A stretch of 32,000 bases of DNA from Gemmata obscuriglobus (GCF_008065095.1 NZ_CP042911.1:2070001-2102000); one strand, 5' to 3'; counted from the first letter of the stretch, positions 1-8,048 are shown. The notes: a model not told the origin generated them from the sequence alone. Numbers and translations are program-made.

Positions 1-169
1 GTCTGTCGTCGTCTACCACTTGTCGCAGTGGGCGGGCGGCCAGATAAGCTGCGTTAGGCTGGTCGGGAGCAGCTTACCAAGACAACTTTGGTATCCGCAA
101 CCCCAAAACGAGAAAAATCGCCAAGACCCGCAACAGCAGGCAGCCAACAGTATTGGGATGAAAGTACGC

Positions 170-727
170 CTACTTGAAGCGGTCTGCCGGGTGCGTCTCC
201 GACATCAGCCAATCTGCCGACGCATCGCCCTCATCCCTTCGCTCCGCAGCCAGTGCCCACGGCATGTCCGGTGGAACGGAGAAGACGAACTTGGCTCGTG
301 CTGCGGCGACTTCTGAAATCACCTTGTCCGGGCTGGTGAGCGGGACGTATCCGGCTCTCCCCCACAGTTCCACTGTGAAGCAGTCGGGCGGAATGACGCC
401 GTGAAAGAACGACCACCACTTAGCCTGTCCTGCCGGGTTCAGACCGTTACGAATCGTCTTGGCCGGAACGCCCAGTCGCTTCCAGGCGGCCAGTGCGGGT
501 TCAAGCCGCACGTCGCCGTCCGGGATGCGGCAGGCGTAGCGGACGGCGGTCTTTACGGGCAACCTCGTTGACCAACAGAGGAGCGTGTCAGGATCGGTCT
601 GGGTTGTTAGGCTGACGGCCGTTAACGTCTGTTTCAGGTCGTGGGTGGCAATCTCGCCCTTGCTCAACCCCTCCGACCAAATCGGGGGGAGGTGGACGAG
701 AGGGGAATAATGAAAGAGAACCGGCAT
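170..727 (-). CDS. hypothetical protein (185 aa)
   Basis: ATG at 727 with AGGTGA 5 nt upstream. Uninterrupted 185-codon frame with GC3-rich codons and a non-repetitive, globular-looking sequence. I cannot name any motif. Confidence 0.55.
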   Translation of the reverse strand: MPVLFHYSPLVHLPPIWSEGLSKGEIATHDLKQTLTAVSLTTQTDPDTLLCWSTRLPVKTAVRYACRIPDGDVRLEPALAAWKRLGVPAKTIRNGLNPAGQAKWWSFFHGVIPPDCFTVELWGRAGYVPLTSPDKVISEVAAARAKFVFSVPPDMPWALAAERRDEGDASADWLMSETHPADRFK

Positions 728-774
728 GGTTTCACCTGCGGCGAGGATAGAGCATCGAAGATTTGCAGACTACT

Positions 775-900
775 GGACAGGGCCGGACTAACTAATATAA
801 ATACGATTTAATTGATTAAACTTACTGCAACCAAAAGTAAATTATGTTAGTGTGTAATAAAATCTATTCACACATTCGTTATCATGATCGTGATTATTGT
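775..900. other. AT-rich block (junction or promoter region) that breaks the surrounding GC-rich sequence
   Basis: Sequence 'actaatataaatacgatttaattgattaaacttactgcaaccaaaagtaaattatgttagtgtgtaataaaatctattcacacattcg' contrasts sharply with its flanks. It begins where the methyltransferase fragment at 894-1058 loses its reading frame. Confidence 0.4.
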
Positions 901-1058
901 TCCGCAGTCTCTTGTTTCGCCCGTTCCCGGCCCTTGCCCAAAGAAGCCCGGCATCCGTGCCATCGGGACGCTGGGACAGCGAGCTTAAGTCCGAGTTCGA
1001 TGCCGCCGATGCCGGAGCAGAGGGACAGAACGTTGAAGGAAGATGCAGCCACATACAT
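894..1058 (-). pseudogene. N-terminal fragment of a C5-cytosine DNA methyltransferase (truncated)
   Basis: My own translation of an ORF too short for the track gives MYVAASSFNVLSLCSGIGGIELGLKLAVP... The stretch 'F-x-x-LSLCSGIGG-x-ELGL' matches AdoMet-binding motif I of Dcm-type enzymes. The frame stops after 54 codons (TAA at 896-894), no later motif (PC, ENV, QRR) follows in any frame, and the ORF runs into the AT-rich block. Confidence 0.5.
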
Positions 1059-1073
1059 GTTGGCCCCGGTTGG

Positions 1074-1868
1074 TTATTGAATGTGCGGCGTAATCAGCAC
1101 CTCTTTGTAGAACCGAGTCGGCCCACCCAGCCCACGCCCGAACACAATTGTCTGGATGCGGCAGGTCTTGTAACGGTTCCAGATGGCCGGATGGTCGTCG
1201 TAGGACATTAGCCACGGTGACTGCCGGGCCAACACGATGTCCCGAAGCATCAGATGGTCAAGTTGGGTAAAGCCGTGTGCGTAATACTTGCGCCGAGCGG
1301 CTCCGACGTACGGTGGATCACAATACAGCACGCTGTCGTCGTCTTTGAGCACCTGCCGGAAGTCCAAGTTGGTGATCTTGGCGTCTCTGAGGAGCCGGTG
1401 GGCGTTACGGTACTGCTGCTCTTTCGTGTGCAGTTTCGCTCGTGAGCCGCAGCGGGGGTTAAACGACACGCCCTTCTGCCCGTACGACCAGGCGTGGAGG
1501 GCGCACAAGCGCCAGCCGAGTTCCTTCAGGTCGGCCACGGTTCCGTTGGCGATGGACTGGTGGTACTCCTCCCACTTGTCCCGCTCGCAGTGCTCACCGT
1601 ACAACTTGTCGATCAGGAACTCGTGGTCGTCCCGAATGGTCTTCCAGAAGGCGTAAACCGGACGGTATACGTCGTTCAACCAGACGTCCGCCCACGGCAG
1701 GCGGTCCAGCAAGGTCAGGGCCACGGCCGCACCCCCGGCGAACGGCTCGGTGTACGAAACACCTGGCCGCATGTGCTGGGTGAGCAGGTGCAGGAAGCGG
1801 TGGACGATCCGGCGCTTGCCACCGAGCCACGGGAGCGGGTAGATGAAGTTGCTCTTGTTCTTCGGCAC
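1074..1868 (-). CDS. dam: DNA N6-adenine methyltransferase, Dam / D12 class
   Basis: N-terminal 'PLPWLGGKRR', AdoMet motif 'EPFAGGAAV' and catalytic 'VLYCDPPY' occur in the alpha-class order, and the 264-aa size is typical. GTG start at 1868 with GAGG ~8 nt upstream. The next in-frame Met lies after the GGK motif, so GTG is the only sensible start. Confidence 0.85.
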   Translation of the reverse strand: MPKNKSNFIYPLPWLGGKRRIVHRFLHLLTQHMRPGVSYTEPFAGGAAVALTLLDRLPWADVWLNDVYRPVYAFWKTIRDDHEFLIDKLYGEHCERDKWEEYHQSIANGTVADLKELGWRLCALHAWSYGQKGVSFNPRCGSRAKLHTKEQQYRNAHRLLRDAKITNLDFRQVLKDDDSVLYCDPPYVGAARRKYYAHGFTQLDHLMLRDIVLARQSPWLMSYDDHPAIWNRYKTCRIQTIVFGRGLGGPTRFYKEVLITPHIQ

Positions 1869-1939
1869 GGTGACGCCTCGTGAGACGGAACACCCGGCGG
1901 TAGCTTTTCCGCCGAGTGGAAATCGAAACTGAAAGTGCG

Positions 1940-2539
1940 TTAGCCCTGGGGAATGATGACGATGATGTCGTTGCCGAGCTTGATCGGGACCGTTTGGTTT
2001 TTGGTGATGAACTTCACCTTCACTTCCATGTTAAACTTCTCCTTGAGGTAGTTTTTCGCCTCGGCCTCACGTTCCTTATCGGCCCCCTTCGGCTTGCGGG
2101 TGCGCACCTTGCCGGATTTGGGCGATTGGGACGCAACATCGCCGTTCTTCGTTTCGGCCCCCTTCACTTCGGTCCTCAAGCGGTTGGATGCTTCCTTCTG
2201 CTCCTCGATGTACTGCCCCATCTCGTCGGGGTTGCGGGCGAAGCGGACGATTTGCTTGATGCTCAGGTTCCAAAATTCCAGTCCCATCTGAAGGCAAACG
2301 GTCTGGACCCCGTCCCAATTTTCCGCCAGCGCCTTGTGTTCGTAAGCGGTGCTTTGGGGAATGCGATGCTCCTTCAGCACGTCGGTGTAGTTGATGCCGT
2401 CCGCCTCGCACTCTTCACGGAGCTTCAGCAGCCAGTCGCCGTGATCTCGGGCCTTCTCACGCTGGTTCAGGGTGGCCCCCTTGTACGCCTCGTAAGCCGC
2501 CTTCACCGCCTGAATCGTCGCTGTGTTCATCGTGGTCAT
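1940..2539 (-). CDS. hypothetical protein (199 aa), Lys/Glu-rich central region
   Basis: The track ORF 1940-2752 was trimmed to the ATG at 2539 (MTTMNTATIQ...), which has GAGGG upstream. The upstream 71 codons look like non-coding read-through. The gene sits 71 nt upstream of dam on the same strand. Confidence 0.6.
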   Translation of the reverse strand: MTTMNTATIQAVKAAYEAYKGATLNQREKARDHGDWLLKLREECEADGINYTDVLKEHRIPQSTAYEHKALAENWDGVQTVCLQMGLEFWNLSIKQIVRFARNPDEMGQYIEEQKEASNRLRTEVKGAETKNGDVASQSPKSGKVRTRKPKGADKEREAEAKNYLKEKFNMEVKVKFITKNQTVPIKLGNDIIVIIPQG

Positions 2540-2646
2540 CTCGTCACCCTCGTTGGTTTCAGGCTCCGTTGTGGCTCCTGACACCCCGTTGGCTGTACGG
2601 TCACCTTCTGTCAAGTTTTGCAAACTGGAATTTTCGCAAGTCTTTA

Positions 2647-3240
2647 ATGGATAAGGAAATGCAGCAATGCCGAGGGCGACAGAAGTTCGTGAGCTATGGT
2701 TCTGAAATGCCACGCAATTGGAAAAGCCCGCTTTACTGGCGGCGAATCGCAAGTCTTGTGAGGACTCTGGCGGACGAACGGATCGATGAAGCGATGCGGG
2801 CCGGAGTGGGTTTTGTGCCCGTCTACCGTTCGTTGCGACAGATTGCAGACGTGCTGAACGAGAAAGGGTACCGTACTCGTCAGGGCAAAAAATTCAGTGC
2901 CGAGACGGTGCGCCTTCTTCTGGAACGAACGAAAGACCGGGCACGCCCCGAGCCTCTCTCGGAATATGCTCTGGAGGCGACCCGAACGTGGCTGGCTCGG
3001 ATTATGAAAAACCCACCGCCGGGAATGCTCTGGATATTGTTAGCGAGATTACACGGTCAAAAACGGTGGTACCGATACAGGCGGGAAATCACAAGCATGG
3101 AAGACATCACTCTCGACGTGTGGAAAGCGATACACCCACAAGTACGGGAATTGGACGAATTCCAGTTTCTGGGCGAAGTTGCTCTCCTGAATACGCTGGG
3201 GAAAATCGGTGCATTTTCTGAAACTGAAAACGAGGAGTAA
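2647..3240 (+). CDS. small DNA-binding protein with a serine-recombinase-type 'Recombinase domain' HTH; no catalytic domain
   Basis: 'SLRQIADVLNEKGYRTRQGKKFSAETVRLLLER' resembles the HTH segment of large serine recombinases (pattern L..IA..LN..G..T..G..WS..TV..IL). No resolvase catalytic Ser region is present. The start is uncertain (ATG at 2647, 2659 or 2707). Divergent from the 1940-2539 gene. Confidence 0.5.
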   Translation: MDKEMQQCRGRQKFVSYGSEMPRNWKSPLYWRRIASLVRTLADERIDEAMRAGVGFVPVYRSLRQIADVLNEKGYRTRQGKKFSAETVRLLLERTKDRARPEPLSEYALEATRTWLARIMKNPPPGMLWILLARLHGQKRWYRYRREITSMEDITLDVWKAIHPQVRELDEFQFLGEVALLNTLGKIGAFSETENEE

Positions 3241-3271
3241 TACGAGCGAACAGCGTTGCGAATGGTGACAA

Positions 3272-3625
3272 ATGAAGAAAACGTACAAAGCGGGACTGAG
3301 TTACGGCGACAACTACTTTTCTTACACCGAGACGAACGGCGGCTGGTCCGTTGTCGTGAACGTCTTGCCCTCCGGCGTTCACGCTACGCTGGAACACCCA
3401 GAGGTCGCCAAGCCCGTGGCGACCGCAGCCGTCCAGTCGGAGGAATGCCGGGCGGCGGCACAGGCATTGATCGACAAGCTGTACAACCCACGCCACCAGT
3501 TGCCGGACATCCGGGCGCTGTACCACGCCTTCGGCCAAGCATTGAAACAGGTCTGGTTCGCCCAGGACGACTACGAGAAGAAGCTGCTCGGGATGCTCAA
3601 CTACACCGGGGGCGCTGAGGCTTAA
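3272..3625 (+). CDS. hypothetical protein (117 aa)
   Basis: ATG at 3272 with GGTGA upstream and GC3-rich codons. The stop lies 2 nt before the next ATG (3628). Confidence 0.6.
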   Translation: MKKTYKAGLSYGDNYFSYTETNGGWSVVVNVLPSGVHATLEHPEVAKPVATAAVQSEECRAAAQALIDKLYNPRHQLPDIRALYHAFGQALKQVWFAQDDYEKKLLGMLNYTGGAEA

Positions 3626-3627
3626 CG

Positions 3628-3885
3628 ATGGACGAGCTATGGGCGGAGTGCGAGCGGGAGGGGTGGAAGGATTTGGGGGCCGTGCGGCGGCTCGTTTCGC
3701 TCCTGCGCCTGACCGGTCAACACGAGCGAGCGGAACAGGCGAAACGCAACTACGAGATGACAAACGGGCCGCCGTGCGGGGAGGTGTCGCCGTACCCGGA
3801 CATGCCGCTGGACGAGATTCAGCGGCACATAGATATTATCCAGCGGATGAGCAACCGGTGGGGGTACCCGAGCGATGCCGAGTAA
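3628..3885 (+). CDS. hypothetical protein (85 aa)
   Basis: ATG at 3628 with GAGG 7 nt upstream. Strong GC3 bias and tight packing behind the 3272-3625 gene. Confidence 0.6.
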   Translation: MDELWAECEREGWKDLGAVRRLVSLLRLTGQHERAEQAKRNYEMTNGPPCGEVSPYPDMPLDEIQRHIDIIQRMSNRWGYPSDAE

Positions 3886-4180
3886 CCACATCGTGTACAT
3901 GTTCTCGTTTGACTCAGGGACCGCTGCCCGGCTCGAAAGGTTCTTGAGTCGTGCCCAAGCGCCTTCTGCCGTCGATGCTGCCTGAGCTACCGCCTGGGCG
4001 AAATTGCAGGCGGCGTCAAGCAAGAAACCGCTCTTGAGTCCGGCGACGGGCGAGGCGGTGGCAGCAACACGAGTCGCAGGCGACTTCCGCCCGGCAGAAG
4101 CGTTGCGGACGGTGGAGTGCGGTGTACGAAGTCCTTGTCAAGTGCGACCCCCGCCAGGCCAACGGCTTCAGCACAGAATA

Positions 4181-4426
4181 TCACGTCCTGAACTTCCACG
4201 AGATGAACGGCGAACGCCCGCCAGTCGCCCAGCGCTCCACGGCGGCTCCCACACGTTCACGGAGGATGGGGTACAGTTCCGTCTGGAACTCGTGTCGGCT
4301 GATCTGAGCAAGTAGCGACTCGTAGTTGGTGAGCCGGTGCCGGACGTACGCACGAAGCCCCCGTTCCGAAAGGTTGCGGTGGATGCGGCGGGCGTCATCG
4401 ATCAGCGTGTCGAGCAGCGGGGCCAC
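4181..4426 (-). CDS. hypothetical helical protein (81 aa), possibly DUF2293-like
   Basis: GTG start. 'LRAYVRHRLTNYESLLAQ...RERVGAAVERW' recalls the R-H-x-x-T-x-Y-[DE]-x-LL...W pattern I associate with DUF2293. It competes with the overlapping + strand ORF 4122-4307. Confidence 0.4.
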   Translation of the reverse strand: MAPLLDTLIDDARRIHRNLSERGLRAYVRHRLTNYESLLAQISRHEFQTELYPILRERVGAAVERWATGGRSPFISWKFRT

Positions 4427-4483
4427 TTCGATTGCAACGGTGCTGGCCCACGCCTCGGCACCCCGGAGCCGCTCCCGTCGCTT

Positions 4484-4771
4484 CTATTCTTGCATCGTCT
4501 TTGCCGCCGCCGACCGCCGGACCCGACTTTCCCGTGCCCGGTCCACACGCTCCTGGTTGGCCCCGACCCAGAACTCGACCCGCTGGATCGAGTAAAGACC
4601 GGAGGGCGGGCCGTCCGGCCAATGCGGGTTGTCGCAGAACTTGTCGGGTTCACCCAACTCGTTAATCGTGGCCGGGGTGAGGCCGTAGGTCTTACTCAGC
4701 GTGGACTTGTAAACGAACGGCTTCTCTCGTTCATCACGACAGCACTGCGAAGGGGGTTCCCGATGCGACAT
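4484..4771 (-). CDS. hypothetical protein (95 aa)
   Basis: ATG start at 4771 and a plausible globular sequence (KSTLSKTYGLTPATINELGEPDKFCDNPHW). Member of the minus-strand small-gene array. Confidence 0.55.
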   Translation of the reverse strand: MSHREPPSQCCRDEREKPFVYKSTLSKTYGLTPATINELGEPDKFCDNPHWPDGPPSGLYSIQRVEFWVGANQERVDRARESRVRRSAAAKTMQE

Positions 4772-4903
4772 GCCGACACGAGCAGGTCACACAAGCGCTA
4801 CCACGGCACAGGCGCAGGCCGTGCGTGAAGGAGCTAAACTGACGAGGGGTTTAACGAGCAGCCCCAGCGACTTCGGCGGCACTGAGGGCTGTTCTGGAAG
4901 TGA

Positions 4904-5176
4904 CTACTCGCCTTTCTTGTTCTCGTGGTCGTCGTCCTCGTCGTCCTCATCCTCGCCGCCGCAAATCTCGAGGAACTCTTGGAGGAGGTGCGCCCACCTT
5001 TCGGGTGTGTCTCCATCGGCGGGGTGTACGAACCCCATGAGGCCGTCCTCGTGGATGACTAGCGTTTCACCCGCCGGGTTGCGGTGCGGCTCGAACACGA
5101 GGAACCGTTTGAGGGGCTTGCCATCGAGGGTCGTACAGGGCGGGAGGCACCTCGTCAGGGAATCATCGGTCATCAT
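4904..5176 (-). CDS. small protein (90 aa) with a poly-acidic C-terminal tail
   Basis: The ATG at 5176 overlaps the stop of the upstream gene (ATGATGA at 5170-5176). The C-terminus reads 'GGEDEDDEDDDHENKKGE'. Confidence 0.65.
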   Translation of the reverse strand: MMTDDSLTRCLPPCTTLDGKPLKRFLVFEPHRNPAGETLVIHEDGLMGFVHPADGDTPERWAHLLQEFLEICGGEDEDDEDDDHENKKGE

Positions 5177-5556
5177 TTATCCTTATCGTGTACAGTTGGG
5201 AGCGACGGTTTCTTCTTGGGCAGTAGGTCTGCCCAGTCTGGGGGTACCGGGGAGCCGGGGCCGCTGATGAGTGCGGTGACGCCCTCATCAAATGCCACCA
5301 GCAGGTCGTCGGTCGGATTGTGTTCACAGCCCGGACGAAGGATCAGCACCCGGCTGGGGACGGGTTCAACTTCGTAATCCTCCACCAGCCAACCGGACTC
5401 GTCGGATAGGAGCGACGACAACTGGTCGTTCAACTCGTCCGGGTCGAGCATGTCGTGAATCTGATCCATATCCAGTTCGACAACGAGTTCCTTCGGAAGA
5501 CCCCGCACCCGCTTGCCGTCGGTGTCCCACTTGATTTTGGAGCATCGGAATTTCAT
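5173..5556 (-). CDS. hypothetical protein (127 aa)
   Basis: Track ORF 5173-5694 trimmed to the ATG at 5556 (MKFRCSKIKWDTDG...), which has AAGGA 7 nt upstream (an alternative ATG is at 5562). Its stop overlaps the start of the 4904-5176 gene. Confidence 0.6.
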   Translation of the reverse strand: MKFRCSKIKWDTDGKRVRGLPKELVVELDMDQIHDMLDPDELNDQLSSLLSDESGWLVEDYEVEPVPSRVLILRPGCEHNPTDDLLVAFDEGVTALISGPGSPVPPDWADLLPKKKPSLPTVHDKDK

Positions 5557-5615
5557 AGCCATGTCCTTGTAAAAATAGTTTAAGTGCCAACTATGTACCC
5601 AGAAAAACGCTGCAA

Positions 5616-6200
5616 TCATCTCGACGTACAAAACCGTTTGGTGACGAAGTCGGACGCCTGCACCTGCGCCTGCCGCATCGTCGGGCTGAACCACCCGCCC
5701 CAGCCGTATTCGTAGAAGAACGGCGTCCGCTTACACTTCTTTCCCTGCGGCGTGGCGAGGAAGGCGGTGATCTCGTCCCGCCCCCGGAACTCCAGACCCG
5801 GAAAATAGACCTCGACCCCGGTCGGCAGGGTCGGGTCGAGTAGCACACCGTCCCGCACGACCCAACCGTGTTCGATCATCATCCCCGAGTCGCACACGGC
5901 CCAGCCCTCGACGTAACTCGCCCCGGCGAAGTCCTTCAGCCTCATCACCGCTCGGCGGGCGTTGAACCAGCACTGCTTCGGGACGGCCCGGATACGGTCG
6001 CCGAGTTCCTTCGACCCCGCTTCGTCTTTCGGCGGCGAGCCGCAAACGGGCTGGTAGGTCTGGAAAAAGGCCAGGTCTTCCTCGGTGTGGCCGAACAGCC
6101 GGTGGCGGTCGGCGTCGGTAAAGGGTAGCGCTGCGGCTTCCGGTATCGGGTGACTGTCGGGTGCCGAAGAGGGGCCGGGTCGTTCAATGGTTTTTGGCAT
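5616..6200 (-). CDS. hypothetical protein with a transglutaminase-like Cys-His-Asp signature (194 aa)
   Basis: ATG at 6200. 'QCWFNARRAVMRL...YVEGWAV...IEHGWVVRDGVLLDPT' matches the C..[FW]......R ... G ... H.W ... DPT spacing of transglutaminase-like cysteine peptidase cores. Confidence 0.6.
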   Translation of the reverse strand: MPKTIERPGPSSAPDSHPIPEAAALPFTDADRHRLFGHTEEDLAFFQTYQPVCGSPPKDEAGSKELGDRIRAVPKQCWFNARRAVMRLKDFAGASYVEGWAVCDSGMMIEHGWVVRDGVLLDPTLPTGVEVYFPGLEFRGRDEITAFLATPQGKKCKRTPFFYEYGWGGWFSPTMRQAQVQASDFVTKRFCTSR

Positions 6201-6493
6201 AATCGCTCTTTCGTGTTAAATGTGTTGGTTGCGTTGCCCTTAACGGGCGGTGGCCGAAGCGCCCTCGGTGCCGGAGGACCGGGGCGGGGTCGGCTTCGAG
6301 TTGCCTGTGCGGTTGCTGGGTTTCGTTGTGGCGAGACGTGGGCCGGGCGCTGCCGAGGTGGTCGGTGCGGAACCCGGATGACATTCGACATGCTGACGGC
6401 AGTTCTGCTACCTACCCTCCACCCTTTGCCCGCTTGCGTCGCTCGTGCCGCACCTTTGCCGTGGGGCGTCCCGGCCTCTGGTGTTATGATTTA

Positions 6494-6997
6494 TCAGGCC
6501 GAAATCGCAGGTGTGCCGTAACCGTTCTCAATCTCGGCACGCTCATGCGACATCAGGGGTTGAAGCGTGAGTAGTGCTTCCAGAGTGTGGTCACGGAGGC
6601 AGTATCCGACAGGGCAACCCGGCCCGGCCCTGTCATCCTCCAAGAACTTGTCGTTGTATTGCGATGGCGTAATGTCCACACGCTCACCGGTCGGCGATTC
6701 CCACACGGTATGAGCGACTAGCCGCCGCACTCCCGGTGCCGTGTGCTCGTCTACACTCCACCCGTAGACAGCACGCCCACCGTCCCGCTCGACTTTTCGT
6801 TGAACGTTTTTCCAGCACTTTAGGGGTTGTGCCCCAGGCTCTACGGCGACGGGTATCAGGGTGGCGGCGGTGAAGTCCAAGATTTTGTCCGAATACTCAA
6901 TTTTGCAACGGTTCTTTGCCTGCTCACGCCGTCGCTTGCGAACCTTCGCCATGTATTTTTGTTGCTCTCGTGCCCTGTTCGCTTTGCTCTTGCTCAT
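6494..6997 (-). CDS. hypothetical protein, distant paralog of the 5616-6200 product (167 aa), basic N-terminus
   Basis: True ATG at 6997 (MSKSKANRAREQQ...) with AGGAG 9 nt upstream. The track start at 7006 is TTG. 'KCWKNVQRKVER...VYGWSV...VAHTVWESPTGERVDITP' aligns by eye with the Cys/His/Asp regions of the 5616-6200 protein. Confidence 0.65.
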   Translation of the reverse strand: MSKSKANRAREQQKYMAKVRKRRREQAKNRCKIEYSDKILDFTAATLIPVAVEPGAQPLKCWKNVQRKVERDGGRAVYGWSVDEHTAPGVRRLVAHTVWESPTGERVDITPSQYNDKFLEDDRAGPGCPVGYCLRDHTLEALLTLQPLMSHERAEIENGYGTPAISA

Positions 6998-7001
6998 AAT
7001 G

Positions 7002-7040
7002 TCCAACTCCTGAGTAAAGAAGCTCGGGGCGTCCCTGCCT
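7002..7040 (-). repeat. 39-bp leader repeat, copy 1 (immediately 5' of the 6494-6997 gene)
   Basis: Plus-strand 'tccaactcctgagtaaagaagctcggggcgtccctgcct' is identical to 7266-7304. On the coding strand it reads AGGCAGGGACGCCCCGAGCTTCTTTACTCAGGAGTTGGA and contains the RBS. Confidence 0.9.
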
Positions 7041-7060
7041 GGAGAAGTTAAACATTAGTC

Positions 7061-7261
7061 CTACATGATGTCGTTGATGAACTCGGCTGCGGCGCTCAAG
7101 TTGGGGAAATCAAAGCCTATCGGGTCGAATTGGCACTCAGGGTCTTCGGGCGGCCACACGTTGTAAGGCGGCGAAACCTTCAACATGCCGTCCTTCACGC
7201 TCGTAAAGGCACCGACGATATAGCCATAGTGTGTCCAAGTTTCGTTGCCATTCTTTGTCAT
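7061..7261 (-). CDS. hypothetical protein (66 aa)
   Basis: ATG at 7261 (MTKNGNETWTHYGY...) preceded by the same AGGAG-containing leader as the 6494-6997 gene. The track start at 7270 is TTG. Confidence 0.55.
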   Translation of the reverse strand: MTKNGNETWTHYGYIVGAFTSVKDGMLKVSPPYNVWPPEDPECQFDPIGFDFPNLSAAAEFINDIM

Positions 7262-7265
7262 AACA

Positions 7266-7304
7266 TCCAACTCCTGAGTAAAGAAGCTCGGGGCGTCCCT
7301 GCCT
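7266..7304 (-). repeat. 39-bp leader repeat, copy 2 (immediately 5' of the 7061-7261 gene)
   Basis: Identical 39-mer to 7002-7040. Similarity continues, with 2-3 mismatches, through the start codon (cataaTGtcc versus cataaCAtcc). Confidence 0.9.
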
Positions 7305-7724
7305 CCGCCTCACGCCGGCCGTTTGACGTGAGCGGCACCGGTCAGTACCGGAACAGCCGCCGCTCTAGGAGCAAGGCGGACGGTACGAGCGGACGGCGCA
7401 GGCAGGGCAGCACACGTTCGACACGACAGCGTTAGTGAAAGGTGCCCTCATGCGACCGTCGAGGCACTGCTAAGACACGCCCACGCCTCGACGCTGCACG
7501 AGCGCCACTCACGCCTCACGGCACAGGCGAAATCCATTAAAGGAAGCTGCCGAGCAGGTACGAGTTTAAGCTTGGGCGGGCACAGCAGTTTGAGGCTGTA
7601 CCGGCCCGCCATCCGGTAGCCGTCACAAGAGTGTGACGGCGGCGTTCACATTCCGCCCGCCGGAAAGGGATGACTAAAGCAGCACGCCCGTGCCTGAAAC
7701 GGCTTATCGTGACGCCCCCAAAGT

Positions 7725-7960
7725 TCAGGCGAAGCCCCTCGATTCGTGTTCTTCAATCGCTACAATCGCCTGCCGTAACGTGCCGAACGGTTCGTACTCC
7801 TTGCCATTTGCCGCCAACCCCTTGTGACTCCATTCACCCCACAAGGTCGTTTCCCCGTCGGCGCATCGCTCGACGTACCAGCCATCCCTTTTCTTGCGGA
7901 TCGTCCATTTGCCGTCGGGTGACGCCCACGCACCCTGCCACCTATTGAATTCCCTGCCGT
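7725..7960 (-). CDS. hypothetical protein (78 aa), Trp-rich
   Basis: Track ORF trimmed to the ATG at 7960 (MFHYGREFNRWQGAW...), which has GGAGG 6 nt upstream. Confidence 0.55.
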
Positions 7961-8048
7961 AGTGAAACATACTTACCTCCCAAAAAGAAGCTGCGGCATC
8001 CATTCCACACGGCTCACGACTATGATCGAGCGTGAGCAGGCAAGCCCA

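Noticed and set aside
842-1054. 70-aa track ORF (MWLHLPSTFCPSAPASAAS...) in the Dam-proximal gap.
   Set aside because: The alternative frame starting 4 nt upstream gives a clear C5-methyltransferase motif I. This frame has no motif and runs into the AT-rich block.
4122-4307. + strand 61-aa ORF (MYEVLVKCDPRQANGF...) overlapping the minus-strand ORF 4181-4426.
   Set aside because: The two cannot be separated by codon bias alone. I kept the minus-strand ORF because it continues the minus-strand gene array and has a coherent helical sequence, while the second half of the + ORF is Arg/Ser/Thr-rich. This remains uncertain.
5945-6391. 148-aa minus-strand ORF spanning the 6201-6493 gap.
   Set aside because: It is Pro/Arg-rich low-complexity sequence (..RPPRQRPAHVSPQRNPATAQATRSRPRPGPPAPRALRPPP..) and overlaps the well-supported 5616-6200 gene out of frame.
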